DNA of 64,000 nucleotides from Terriglobia bacterium (GTDB lineage: Bacteria; Acidobacteriota; Terriglobia; UBA7540): contig DASRCX010000056.1 in NCBI GenBank assembly GCA_035652895.1, forward strand, positions 21,267 through 85,266. Reading direction: 5' to 3'. The notes under the pieces were generated by a model. It was not told where the DNA came from, searched no databases, and saw only the letters and a list, made by a program, of their open reading frames with translations. Numbering within the stretch: the first letter of the stretch is position 1; the number at the start of each line of letters is the position of its first letter. Positions 20,531 through 29,122 of the stretch are shown here, piece after piece. The position numbers and the translations under genes are program-made.

Positions 20531-21294
20531 TAGTGCACAAGCTTGAACGTTCTGTTCCAGCGCGTCCGGGTAAAGAAATGAATCAGCAGACTGCCGAACT
20601 GCCTCAGCCGGTCACCCAATGAGTTCTGTTCGTACTGCTCCGGCGGCGTTTCGTAGGACCAGTAGATAATCAGCGGGCGACCGGAGATCAGCTTCCTCGG
20701 CACAAAGCCCCAGAACCGACTGTCCCAACTCTCTTCGCGGTTGTCGCCCATCACAAAATACTCGTTGGGAGGGACAACGATCTGGCCGTCCGTCACGTAA
20801 TTCTGGAATTCGGCGCGCCAGGTCGCCGTGGAGCCTTCCATCTCATCCCAGGTGATCGGAGGGAAATCGTCGCCTGGCCGCAATTCATCCGTGTGGCTCT
20901 GGCGAACGAACGGCTCCTCGACGCGCTTGCCGTTGACGAACACCTGCCGGTGGAAAATGCGGATTCTGTCGCCCGGAAGCCCGATCACTCTTTTTACAAA
21001 ATGCTCCCCGGGCTCCTGAGCATCTTCCGCCCTTCCTGGGTACTTGAACACCACAATGTCATCGCGGTGAATTTTTCGGTAAGGAAGCAGCGGCGCGAGC
21101 AAACCCTGAGGATACGCAAAAGCAAACTTGTTCACGAGGAGATGGTCGCCGATCAGAAGAGTGTTCTCCATCGATCCTGTCGGTATCTTAAAAGCCTGCA
21201 CGACGAACGTAGTGCCGAAAATCGCGAGGATTACCGTAACCACGAGCGATTCAAAGGTGTCGCGCAGCGAAGATTTCTGGTACGGCTCACTCAT
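20530..21294 (-). CDS. lepB: Signal peptidase I
   Basis: 254 aa. TGSMENTL (Ser box), FVKRVIGLPGDRI (Lys box) and GDNREESWDSRFWGFVP (box E). Confidence 0.95.
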   Translation of the reverse strand: MSEPYQKSSLRDTFESLVVTVILAIFGTTFVVQAFKIPTGSMENTLLIGDHLLVNKFAFAYPQGLLAPLLPYRKIHRDDIVVFKYPGRAEDAQEPGEHFVKRVIGLPGDRIRIFHRQVFVNGKRVEEPFVRQSHTDELRPGDDFPPITWDEMEGSTATWRAEFQNYVTDGQIVVPPNEYFVMGDNREESWDSRFWGFVPRKLISGRPLIIYWSYETPPEQYEQNSLGDRLRQFGSLLIHFFTRTRWNRTFKLVH

Positions 21295-22000
21295 CCGGCC
21301 CCGCCTTTTCCGTCAGGATCGCGAGCGCTCGTTTGGCAGCCTGCTGCTGCGCGGCCTTCTTGCTGGCACCCCTGCCCCGGGCGATAATTCCCTCGCCCGC
21401 CGTCACTTCCACAGTAAACGTTTTCTGGTGCTCCAGACCTGCCTCCTCAACCACACGATACTGAGCTGGTCCCTGGCCTTCGGCTTGTAGATGTTCCTGC
21501 AGTGCGCCCTTGTAATTTGTAGCAAACAGTTCATCCACGCGCTCTGAGAGATCGCGGGGCAGGATTACTTGTTCAACGACCTTTCCGGCCGCCTCCAGGC
21601 CCCCATCGCGAAAAACCGCGGCCACCACGGCCTCGAGCGCATCCGCCAGGATGCCGGGCTTTCGTCTCCCGCCGCTCTTCTCTTCAGAAGAACCCAATCG
21701 CAGGTGCTCGCCCAGTTCGAGTTTCTCGGCAACCCCGCTCAGATAGCTCGCGGCCACAAGGCTTGAGCGCGCCAGCGAGAGTTTTCCTTCGTCGTAGCCG
21801 GGAAACGCCTCAATCAGCTTCAAAGTGACACTGAAGTTCAGCACTGCGTCCCCAAGAAATTCCATAAGTTCGTTGTCACGGGTGCGCTGTGAAGCTTCCT
21901 GAACATACGAGGAGTGGGTGAGGGCTTCGATAAGAAAGGCCCGGTTACGGAACTTGTAGCCGATGCGTTTTTCCAGTTTGTCTAAGGAAGGTCGCGACAT
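21287..22000 (-). CDS. rnc: Ribonuclease III
   Basis: The ATG at 22000 gives MSRPSLDKLEKRIGYKF. Contains ALTHSSY, ELMEFLGDAVL (RNase III signature) and a C-terminal dsRBD (GRGASKKAAQQQAAKRAL). The stop overlaps the lepB start by 8 nt. Confidence 0.93.
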   Translation of the reverse strand: MSRPSLDKLEKRIGYKFRNRAFLIEALTHSSYVQEASQRTRDNELMEFLGDAVLNFSVTLKLIEAFPGYDEGKLSLARSSLVAASYLSGVAEKLELGEHLRLGSSEEKSGGRRKPGILADALEAVVAAVFRDGGLEAAGKVVEQVILPRDLSERVDELFATNYKGALQEHLQAEGQGPAQYRVVEEAGLEHQKTFTVEVTAGEGIIARGRGASKKAAQQQAAKRALAILTEKAGPDE

Positions 22001-22097
22001 GCTACGGTGGTGCACTCCAGAAAACTTCGCTGCCCGGCGAAGCACAGAACGGCGCGGCACGATTGCGTTTTCTGGCCGGATGGCTCACCACCCCGAT

Positions 22098-23204
22098 TTA
22101 TGGTTTTGCGGCAGCCTTGGGTTGGGATTGCTGGGCCTTCTTCAGCGCCTGAATCTGCTGGTCGGCAAGCTGCTGAATAATCGTTCCCTGCGCCAACTGG
22201 CCGGCCTTGGTGAAGGCATTAATGGCGTCCGCCAGCTTGTTCTCACCTGCATAAACTTCCCCCAACCGGTAATAGTCGGCGGCATTCGGAGTTTCGGATT
22301 TACTTATAGCGGTCTTGTAATTTTCCTCGGCCTTGGCGAGTTCGTCCTGGTCCAGTCCCTCAAGCGCCATCCTGGACCTCTCCAAGTGCACCATGCCCAG
22401 CGATGCGTACGCGCCAGCCGCAATCTGGTCCTTCCGCTTCTGATAGGCCGCATCGGTTTCCTTGGGCTGCTTCGGAAGCTGGTCGATTTCGGCAAGGGCC
22501 TTCTGTGCGTAATCGGCTGCCGCGTTCAGCCTTTTCTCCTTTTCAGCATCGCTCACATTATTGAGCATCTGCGGCTGCGGCAGGACGCTTGATACCATCA
22601 GCAGGCTGATCAGGTTCTTCGAGTCCAGATCAAGGCTCTTTTCTCCGTATTTCACAACGTTTGCTGCGTCGTTCTTTTGCTGGTAGGCGCTCGCCTCAAG
22701 CGCATAAACGTACGTCAGGAGCGCGCTCTTGGGAAATTTCTGCGCGAAATCATCGGCGTCCTTGATGACGGCCTCCGGGACCTTCTCGTCCTTCAACTTG
22801 TTGTAAGCCTCCGCCTCTTCCGCACTCACCTGGGGGCCGCTGCCGTTCGCCTTGCGGGCGGCGCGGGCGGCGGGAGTGAACTGCTTCATGTAAGTAACAA
22901 GTTGCTCGCTGGCGCCGGCTTTGGTCAGCTTCTTCTCGATGTCGGGTGTGAACTCAAAGTCAACTCCCCGCGCTTGGACCTGCTGGGCTATCTTCTGCGG
23001 GTCCTTCTTTTCTTTCTTGACCAATTTGATTAGTTCTTGCTCCGTCAACGGAGCTTCTACAGGGGCCGAAGCCTGAGCCCCCGGCTGCGATTGTTGCTGC
23101 GCCTGCTGCGCCGCAGAGACGGAAAGATTGCCGATCGCGAAGCCGCCGGCAATCAACAAAGTCCACAAGGTTCCAAGGCTGACAGCCTTCTTTGTCCAAG
23201 ACAT
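22098..23204 (-). CDS. Secreted TPR-repeat protein
   Basis: The ATG at 23204 gives a signal peptide, MSWTKKAVSLGTLWTLLIAGGFAIGNLSVSAAQ. A Gln/Ala-rich linker is followed by TPR-like helical repeats (AADYYRLGEVYAGENKLADAINAFTKA). Confidence 0.75.
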   Translation of the reverse strand: MSWTKKAVSLGTLWTLLIAGGFAIGNLSVSAAQQAQQQSQPGAQASAPVEAPLTEQELIKLVKKEKKDPQKIAQQVQARGVDFEFTPDIEKKLTKAGASEQLVTYMKQFTPAARAARKANGSGPQVSAEEAEAYNKLKDEKVPEAVIKDADDFAQKFPKSALLTYVYALEASAYQQKNDAANVVKYGEKSLDLDSKNLISLLMVSSVLPQPQMLNNVSDAEKEKRLNAAADYAQKALAEIDQLPKQPKETDAAYQKRKDQIAAGAYASLGMVHLERSRMALEGLDQDELAKAEENYKTAISKSETPNAADYYRLGEVYAGENKLADAINAFTKAGQLAQGTIIQQLADQQIQALKKAQQSQPKAAAKP

Positions 23205-23346
23205 GACACACTCCCGACTTTTCAAACGGTTAGTATAATTCAGCCTACTAGAAGCTTTACCCGCTGTCAATAAAGTGCGATCCTGGTCCAACAGCCGACG
23301 GCTGGCTCATGGCCCGGATCGCACCGCGTTTGAGCGTTTCCGTTGC

Positions 23347-23376
23347 TTGACACGGAGACCTGCCGCTTTCTATAAT
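23347..23376 (+). promoter_or_regulatory. Sigma-70-type promoter of the tRNA-Gly/tRNA-Cys unit
   Basis: TTGACA (23347-23352), an 18-nt spacer, then TATAAT (23371-23376). It lies about 40 nt upstream of tRNA-Gly. Confidence 0.6.
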
Positions 23377-23414
23377 TTTTCAGTAAGTTGTGGCACTTAT
23401 TTTTGGAAGTCTAA

Positions 23415-23489
23415 GCGGGAATAACTCAGTGGTAGAGTGCGACCTTGCCAAGGTCGAAGTCGCGGGTTCGAATCCCGTTTCCCGCTCCA
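23415..23489 (+). tRNA. tRNA-Gly (anticodon GCC)
   Basis: Hand-folded cloverleaf: acceptor GCGGGAA/TTCCCGC, D arm ACTC-AGTGGTA-GAGT, anticodon arm CGACC-TTGCCAA-GGTCG (GCC at 23447-23449), T arm GCGGG-TTCGAAT-CCCGT, and an encoded CCA. Confidence 0.93.
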
Positions 23490-23498
23490 AAGTTTCCC

Positions 23499-23573
23499 GG
23501 CGCGGTACCCAAGTGGTAAGGGAGAGGTCTGCAAAACCTTTATGCGGGAGTTCGATTCTCCCCCGCGCCTCCA
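23499..23573 (+). tRNA. tRNA-Cys (anticodon GCA)
   Basis: Acceptor GGCGCGG/CCGCGCC, anticodon loop CTGCAAA (GCA at 23531-23533), T arm GGGAG-TTCGATT-CTCCC, U73 discriminator typical of tRNA-Cys, and an encoded CCA. Confidence 0.92.
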
Positions 23574-23739
23574 ACAGTGGATTCTCTTCTAATCCTCAAC
23601 TTGCCCGTTTGCCCGGCGACCTGTCACAACTCGCGTCAGGCGCAGTCTTGATAACCTCCTGCTGATTCATCGCGCCTCAGTAAGATTAGCTGGCGATTAT
23701 GCGAGTGTCGGGTGCTCGCCTTTGGGTTCCGGAACAATT

Positions 23740-23901
23740 AAAGGGCACGGCTTCAGTCGTGTCACCTATACGAACCCTCAACAGAGCACGGCTTCATTAA
23801 CTGGGTTTTCCGTGGCAAGTGCCGGCTGCCTGATCCAAGGGCTGGAGACCTTGAACAGTGTGGATCTCTCCTTCTGTGACACGACGGAAGTCGTGCCCTT
23901 T
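23740..23901. repeat. 162-bp element bounded by 26-nt inverted repeats (MITE-like or paired hairpins)
   Basis: Left arm AAAGGGCACGGCTTCAGTCGTGTCAC (23740-23765). The reverse complement of 23876-23901 is AAAGGGCACGACTTCCGTCGTGTCAC, matching at 24 of 26 positions. Each arm is also a 6-bp hairpin (CACGGC-TTCA-GTCGTG and CACGAC-GGAA-GTCGTG). A third partial copy, GCACGGCTTCA, lies at 23786-23796. Confidence 0.6.
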
Positions 23902-23902
23902 C

Positions 23903-24364
23903 TCATCGCTGTGCGTTTGAGTGGAACGGGTCGCTGGACGTTACGGGCGCCCCAGGTTCAGGGCTCGGGATATCGAGGTTCACAACGATAGGATCCTGAC
24001 CGCTGCGGACAACAACGGCCTCAACCGCCTCATCGGGAAGGGCGTTCATCTCCTGGTGGGGAACGAACGGCGGGACGTAAACAAAGTCGCCGGGGTCCGC
24101 TTCAACAACATTTTCAAGACGGTCGCCCCAGCGGAACCGCGCGCGTCCGCGTACGATGTAGATGACGGTTTCGAGTTCTCCGTGATGGTGTGCTCCGGTG
24201 CTCGCCGCCGGCTGCACCACGACGGTGCCGGCCCAGAGCTTGTTGGCGCCCACCCGAGCGTGTGTGATGGCCGCCGCGCGTGACATGCCGGGCGTTTGCG
24301 GCGTGTTCGGATCCAGTTCTTTCCCGCGTACAACGCGGATGCCGTTCTCTTTCCAGCCAGTCAC
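23903..24364 (-). CDS. Cupin domain protein (cytoplasmic)
   Basis: 153 aa. Cupin motif 1-like GAHHHGELETVIYIVRGRARF and motif 2-like GDFVYVPPFVPHQ. The start is 3 nt after the upstream cupin stop. Confidence 0.82.
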   Translation of the reverse strand: MTGWKENGIRVVRGKELDPNTPQTPGMSRAAAITHARVGANKLWAGTVVVQPAASTGAHHHGELETVIYIVRGRARFRWGDRLENVVEADPGDFVYVPPFVPHQEMNALPDEAVEAVVVRSGQDPIVVNLDIPSPEPGAPVTSSDPFHSNAQR

Positions 24365-24367
24365 GAA

Positions 24368-24802
24368 TCAGCTTTCCTTTGAGCCAGGACGGTGCAGCGC
24401 CAGCACAAAATACTGCGCGTGGCTGCCGCCCACGTTGCGGATTCCGTGCTCGTCGTTCGAAGCGATGAACGCCACCGAACCCGGCCCCGCTTTTGAACTC
24501 TTCCCGTTGATCGTCACTTCGAGCGTGCCCTCGCGGACCAGGAACATCTCTTCGTGGATGTGGTGGTGAGGAGGGTGCGGCATGTCGCCGGGAGCGAGGT
24601 CCGATTCGTGGACCTCGAGCCGGCAATTTTCATGCGTCAGGCCGTCCAGCACAGGGCGGGAGGTGTTGGTCTTTCCGTGATGCACGGGCAAATCCTGAAA
24701 CTCGTAAACCCTCGAACGCAAGTATTGGGTTTCAGCCGCCAGCGAGCCCGAAGCCATCAGGGCCGGCAGCGCCGCAAGAAAAGCCCGTCGCGGATTGTTC
24801 AT
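24368..24802 (-). CDS. TAT-exported cupin domain protein
   Basis: The ATG at 24802 is preceded by AAGGAGA with a 7-nt spacing. Twin-arginine signal MNNPRRAFLAALPALMASGSLAA, then cupin motifs HPPHHHIHEEMFLVREGTLEV and GSVAFIASNDEHGIRN. Confidence 0.82.
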   Translation of the reverse strand: MNNPRRAFLAALPALMASGSLAAETQYLRSRVYEFQDLPVHHGKTNTSRPVLDGLTHENCRLEVHESDLAPGDMPHPPHHHIHEEMFLVREGTLEVTINGKSSKAGPGSVAFIASNDEHGIRNVGGSHAQYFVLALHRPGSKES

Positions 24803-24819
24803 AGAGCATCTCCTTTTGT

Positions 24820-25824
24820 TCATGGACTTGTGGTCTTGACGGATGAAGATGTGCTCTGGTTCCGGCCTCCCGAGAGCAGGCGATAAACCGCGGCGACGGC
24901 GTCGCTTTCAAGCTCCGGCGCATGCCAATGGAAGTTCCGGAACGGGACCAGTTCATCCTGTATCTGGGAAAGCGTCTTCCCTTTCTCGATTCCCACCTTC
25001 ACCTGCCCGGAAAGCCATTCGAGAAATTGGCGAAACTCCTCGACGCTGGCCTTGCCGCCCGGCTCGCCGTGGGCGGGAACGTAAACCTCCGCGTCCCATC
25101 CCTCCACCTTGCGGAGCGTTGCGATCCATTCATCGATGTTCGCGGGGCCAATGCGGGGAATGTACTCGTTCTCAAAAACGTTCCCAAGAAAGACCACTTT
25201 TGATTGCGGCAGATAGACTGCGGCGTCGCCTGGCGACGCATTGTCGCCCAGGTCGATCAGCCTGATCTCGGTGCCGCCTAACCGCAGCGTTGTTTCCTTA
25301 TCAAACGTTTCGTTCGGTGGAAGCGGATGGACGCCGCGCATGCTGGCCGCGAGCCGCCAGTCGCTTTCGACGCGTGCCGGAAAATCGTCGTGGTAAGTGC
25401 GCATTGCCTGCGCCGCCTGAGGAGTCGAAAGGACCGTCGGTTCGAAGTCCTCGAACGCTTCGTTGCCCAGCATCAAATCGGGCGAAGCGCCGGTGTTGAT
25501 TACATAGCGGACAGGCTGCTGGGTATGCTTGCGGATTTCGTAAAGGACCGCACGCGCGTTGAAAGGGCTGTTCGTGGTGTTGACGACCACAACGCCCTCA
25601 GGCGTAACGATAAAGCCTGCGTTTCCGGCGCGTTTGAACTGCGGATCGCCTTCCTGATTGAGGATGTCTTCCGCGACCCAGACAAAAACGTTCGGTTTGA
25701 CTTCGACGACGTGATAATGACTGTCCTGTGCGGAAGCCGTGCGTGGCACTGCAAGAGCAACCATCAGGGTCATCAGCGCAAGGGGCAGCCTGGCGGGAAA
25801 CCGGCATTGGAAAGCGCCGCGCAC
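24820..25824 (-). CDS. Secreted MBL-fold protein with a degenerate metal-binding motif
   Basis: The ORF track extends to 25938. The GTG at 25824 gives the signal peptide ...RFPARLPLALMTLMVALAVPRTASAQ and avoids overlap with the archease gene. The layout NAGFIVTPEGVVVVNT...PVRYVINT-GASPDL-MLGN is collinear with metallo-beta-lactamase-fold proteins, but the HxHxDH motif is replaced. The start is uncertain. Confidence 0.72.
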   Translation of the reverse strand: MRGAFQCRFPARLPLALMTLMVALAVPRTASAQDSHYHVVEVKPNVFVWVAEDILNQEGDPQFKRAGNAGFIVTPEGVVVVNTTNSPFNARAVLYEIRKHTQQPVRYVINTGASPDLMLGNEAFEDFEPTVLSTPQAAQAMRTYHDDFPARVESDWRLAASMRGVHPLPPNETFDKETTLRLGGTEIRLIDLGDNASPGDAAVYLPQSKVVFLGNVFENEYIPRIGPANIDEWIATLRKVEGWDAEVYVPAHGEPGGKASVEEFRQFLEWLSGQVKVGIEKGKTLSQIQDELVPFRNFHWHAPELESDAVAAVYRLLSGGRNQSTSSSVKTTSP

Positions 25825-25903
25825 GCAGCACCGCGATTCGGCATCAGCCTCAGGTCCTCTTTTTGGGATACGCGGGAAGCCAGCCGCAGCCTGGCAATGC
25901 ATT

Positions 25904-26320
25904 TCAGATGTCCACATAAACCTGCGCGCGCCAGCCATCCGCCGTCTGTTGCAGACTGAGCTGATGGTAGGTAATGGCTTTGACCATCAGATTGGTCTGG
26001 TGTCGCGCCGGATCAAACTTTTCGCCCCAGGCTTTGCCTGAGACTGCATGATCGTCAAGACTCTCTACTTTGAAATCGCAGAACAGCAGATGCTCAGCGT
26101 CATGCCGGAAAAGAATTTCACTGAGCCAGTTTACCAGAAGATCCGGCAGACCATCGCCCTGAACTTGAATGGAAACTTCATCCACGGGACGGACGGTTTT
26201 CGGGTCCGCAATCAACTCGGCCAGCGCCCGCGCGGAGTTTTCAAACACCTCCTCCGGCGTCGCGCCGAACGCTTCAAATCCAATATCGGCCGTGTGCTCG
26301 AGAATGCGGAAGCGGGACAT
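25904..26320 (-). CDS. Archease
   Basis: The ATG at 26320 gives MSRFRILEHTADIGFEAFGATPEEVFENSARALAELI, and the protein ends ...VKAITYHQLSLQQTADGWRAQVYVDI. Both segments are hallmarks of the archease family. Confidence 0.88.
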   Translation of the reverse strand: MSRFRILEHTADIGFEAFGATPEEVFENSARALAELIADPKTVRPVDEVSIQVQGDGLPDLLVNWLSEILFRHDAEHLLFCDFKVESLDDHAVSGKAWGEKFDPARHQTNLMVKAITYHQLSLQQTADGWRAQVYVDI

Positions 26321-26710
26321 AAGGTTGCAGATCAACCAGCCGGCGAAACATCCCTGGTGCCTTCATCCGCCAGGCCGCGCCCGCTGTCAAAATCTTCACC
26401 TCAAATTTCTATCATACCGGATGCAGAACCGGACCACCCATCAATCTGGCTAGCGTTCGGATTAAAATTCTCGCGGCCTGCTCCCGCACGTTTGTAAAAG
26501 GATGGCCGCAGATCCACGACAGCAACCCCGTACGACCGGAGTTTGCGGAGGTCGTCTCGGCCAGATTTCGACGGCATTCGGCCAGAGAATCTTCCAGATC
26601 GGTGCGGAGGTTGACTTCTAAAGCCGAACGCCGAAAGCGGCCTCAGGGCAGCCGACAGCAACAGGAAAGGTTGGGGCATGCCTGCTGCCGCTCCTGAATA
26701 TCCAACTGTC

Positions 26711-26752
26711 GCGGGCAGAGGTTTATAAGGTCTCTGCCCGCGCGGTTTCTTT
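26711..26752 (+). terminator. Orphan intrinsic-terminator-like hairpin
   Basis: Perfect 10-bp stem GCGGGCAGAG (26711-26720) / CTCTGCCCGC (26732-26741) with an 11-nt loop, followed by GCGGTTTCTTTG. It lies in a divergent intergenic region with no annotated + strand gene upstream. Confidence 0.45.
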
Positions 26753-27093
26753 GTCCTGCCAGGTTGCCGTAAGAAGCCAATGTGCCAGGTTGAGCGCAGC
26801 GAAGGATCTCTTATTTCTCAGAGAATACATACATGGCTCGTTTGTCACGCTCATGTTGACCAGCGTAAAATTCGTTTTTCAGAAAACCTATTAAGCCAGC
26901 TCGACATTGAAGGAGGATGATCTGCGGGTCTGGCATAGCGGCCCTGACATAAAGTTCATCCGGTCACAGCTTGGCGAATCTTTTAAACGTCTCGCTGAAT
27001 TACGGCTTGCGAATCTGCGGTATCAGGTGAAATGCGAAGGGCGTTCTGATTATCGCAGATGGAGAGCAGACTTCTGATCAGAGGAGACAACGC

Positions 27094-28821
27094 ATGAAGA
27101 GGAAATTGCTGGTTCTTATAACCCTAGTGGCGTGCACGGGACTCGTGGTCCCCGTGCTGTGGTCTGAAAAGCTGATGACCTGGTCGCAGGGTCGCTCGAT
27201 GGTCGTGTCGCAACGCGGAATCGCTGCGGCGGAACAATCGCTTGCTTCTGCCGCCGGCGCGTCGATTTTGGCGAAGGGCGGCTCGGCGGCCGATGCGGCA
27301 ATCGCCACTAGCGCGGTGATGGGAGTCATGCAGCCCATGATGAATGGCATGGGCGGGGATCTTTTCGCCATCGAGTATGACGCGAAAACCGGCAAAGTCA
27401 GCGGGTTGAACGCAAGCGGGTGGTCGCCGGCGGGGCTTACCATTTCGTACCTTCAATCCAAAGGACTCCGGCACATACCGGGCACGGGAATTCTCTCCGT
27501 GAGCATCCCGGGATGTGTAATGGGCTGGTGGGAACTTCACCAGAGGTTCGGGAAGCTCCCATGGAAGGAATTATTCCAGCCGGCCATCTTTTACGCCTCT
27601 CACGGATTTCCGGTCGCGCAGTGGGACAGCATGTACTGGCCGGCCTATGCCGACGTTCTCAGAAAAGACCCGGAAGCAACACGCATCTATCTGCCAGGAG
27701 GTCGCCCGCCCCAACTGGGAGAGGTCTTCCGCAATCCCGAGTATGCAAAGGCATTGGAACTGGTCGCGAACGAAGGCGAGCAGGCATTTTACCAGGGCGA
27801 TATCGCCCGCGCGATTGTGAAAACTTCCCAGGAACTCGGCGGGGTCATCAGCGCCGAAGACTTGAGGGATTACAAAGCTGAATGGGTCGAGCCGATCGAA
27901 ACCGACTATCGCGGCTGGAAAGTGTTCGAAATCCCGCCCAATACTCAGGGCATCGCAACGCTCATGATGCTCAACATCATGGCACAGTTTCCACTGCCGA
28001 CCTACGGACCGCTGAGCCCGGAAAGGTTTCACATCGAGATGCAAGCCCAGCAACTGGCATACGCGGACGTGCGGAAATACGTCGGCGATCCGCGTTTCGT
28101 CAAAGTGCCCGTGCAGGGTATGCTTTCAATGGATTACGCAAAGGAACGGGCCAGGCTGATCAGGCTTGATGAGGCCACCTGCGACTTTCAAGCCGGAACC
28201 CCTCCCGGCGCCAATCCCAGTACGGCCATGGCCTCGCTGCATCCGGGAAAAGACACAAGCTACCTGACGACCGTTGATAAAGATGGCAACATAGTCTCAC
28301 TGATTCAGAGCCTCGCGGGAGCATTTGGCTCGGGAGTTGCCGTGCGCGGCTACGGCATCATTCTTCAAAATCGCGCCACCGGATTCACGCTGCGCCCCGG
28401 CAGCCCCGATGTTCTTGCACCTCACAAGCGCCCATTCCACACGATCATTCCCGCCTTCATGGAGCGCGGCGACATTCACATCGGCTTTGGCATTATGCGC
28501 GGAGGCAATCAGCCGCTGGCACAGGCGCAGTTCGTTTCTGACATCGTGGACTACAACCTGAATATTCAGCAGGCCCTTGAAACGCCGCGCTTCAACAAGT
28601 TCGGCCGGGGCGGGTGCAGCTACCTGATCGAGAGCCGCGTGCCCAAGGCAACGCTGATCGGGCTTTCAACGCTTGGGTACGACCTGCGCGTCGTCGGCCC
28701 ATTTGCAGAATTTGTCGGCGGCGGCCAGGCCGTTCTTCATGACTCCGCGACCGGAGTCAATTACGGCGCTTCCGATCCGCGCAAGGACGGCGAGGCAGTC
28801 CCCGAATCTTCGCCGGAATAA
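27094..28821 (+). CDS. ggt: Gamma-glutamyltransferase
   Basis: 575 aa. Signal/lipoprotein-like N-terminus MKRKLLVLITLVACTG. Contains GGSAADAAIATSAVMGVMQPMMNGMGGD, the autoprocessing/nucleophile region GKDTSYLTTVDKDGNIVS, and PFHTIIPAF. SD GAGGAG. Confidence 0.93.
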   Translation: MKRKLLVLITLVACTGLVVPVLWSEKLMTWSQGRSMVVSQRGIAAAEQSLASAAGASILAKGGSAADAAIATSAVMGVMQPMMNGMGGDLFAIEYDAKTGKVSGLNASGWSPAGLTISYLQSKGLRHIPGTGILSVSIPGCVMGWWELHQRFGKLPWKELFQPAIFYASHGFPVAQWDSMYWPAYADVLRKDPEATRIYLPGGRPPQLGEVFRNPEYAKALELVANEGEQAFYQGDIARAIVKTSQELGGVISAEDLRDYKAEWVEPIETDYRGWKVFEIPPNTQGIATLMMLNIMAQFPLPTYGPLSPERFHIEMQAQQLAYADVRKYVGDPRFVKVPVQGMLSMDYAKERARLIRLDEATCDFQAGTPPGANPSTAMASLHPGKDTSYLTTVDKDGNIVSLIQSLAGAFGSGVAVRGYGIILQNRATGFTLRPGSPDVLAPHKRPFHTIIPAFMERGDIHIGFGIMRGGNQPLAQAQFVSDIVDYNLNIQQALETPRFNKFGRGGCSYLIESRVPKATLIGLSTLGYDLRVVGPFAEFVGGGQAVLHDSATGVNYGASDPRKDGEAVPESSPE

Positions 28822-29122
28822 TCGCAAATGTGCATGTGATTGTGCACCGGCGCAGCCTGCGACGGCGATGTCTTGAGCAGGTCCAGTGTGAGTGGCCTTA
28901 CAAGCGAATACACCGGGGCCGCGCAGTTCGCGCCCGAACCCTTGTTTACTTTCCGATTAACAGCCTGGATTTTGCGTTTAAACAGAGTGCAAGCACATTC
29001 ACGCAATGGCGCATTCGCGCTGTGCCATTCTGTCGCCGGAGGGGCTGGACTCAGCACGAGGCAAAACGCATTCGGCCGGATAGCATATATAATGGTTCGA
29101 ATTTACATGCGGAGTTTTTTTC

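Noticed and set aside
23380-23665. ORFs 23380..23574 (minus) and 23390..23665 (plus) in the tRNA region.
   Set aside because: They run straight through two well-folded tRNA genes. The sequences are translations of tRNA DNA.
26401-26679. A 92-aa minus-strand ORF, and a 39-codon plus-strand ORF (26502-26621), in the archease-ggt gap.
   Set aside because: The composition is typical of non-coding GC-rich DNA (Arg/Ser/Pro/Gly-rich). The SD is weak or absent and there are no motifs. The locus is reported instead as a possible sRNA region.
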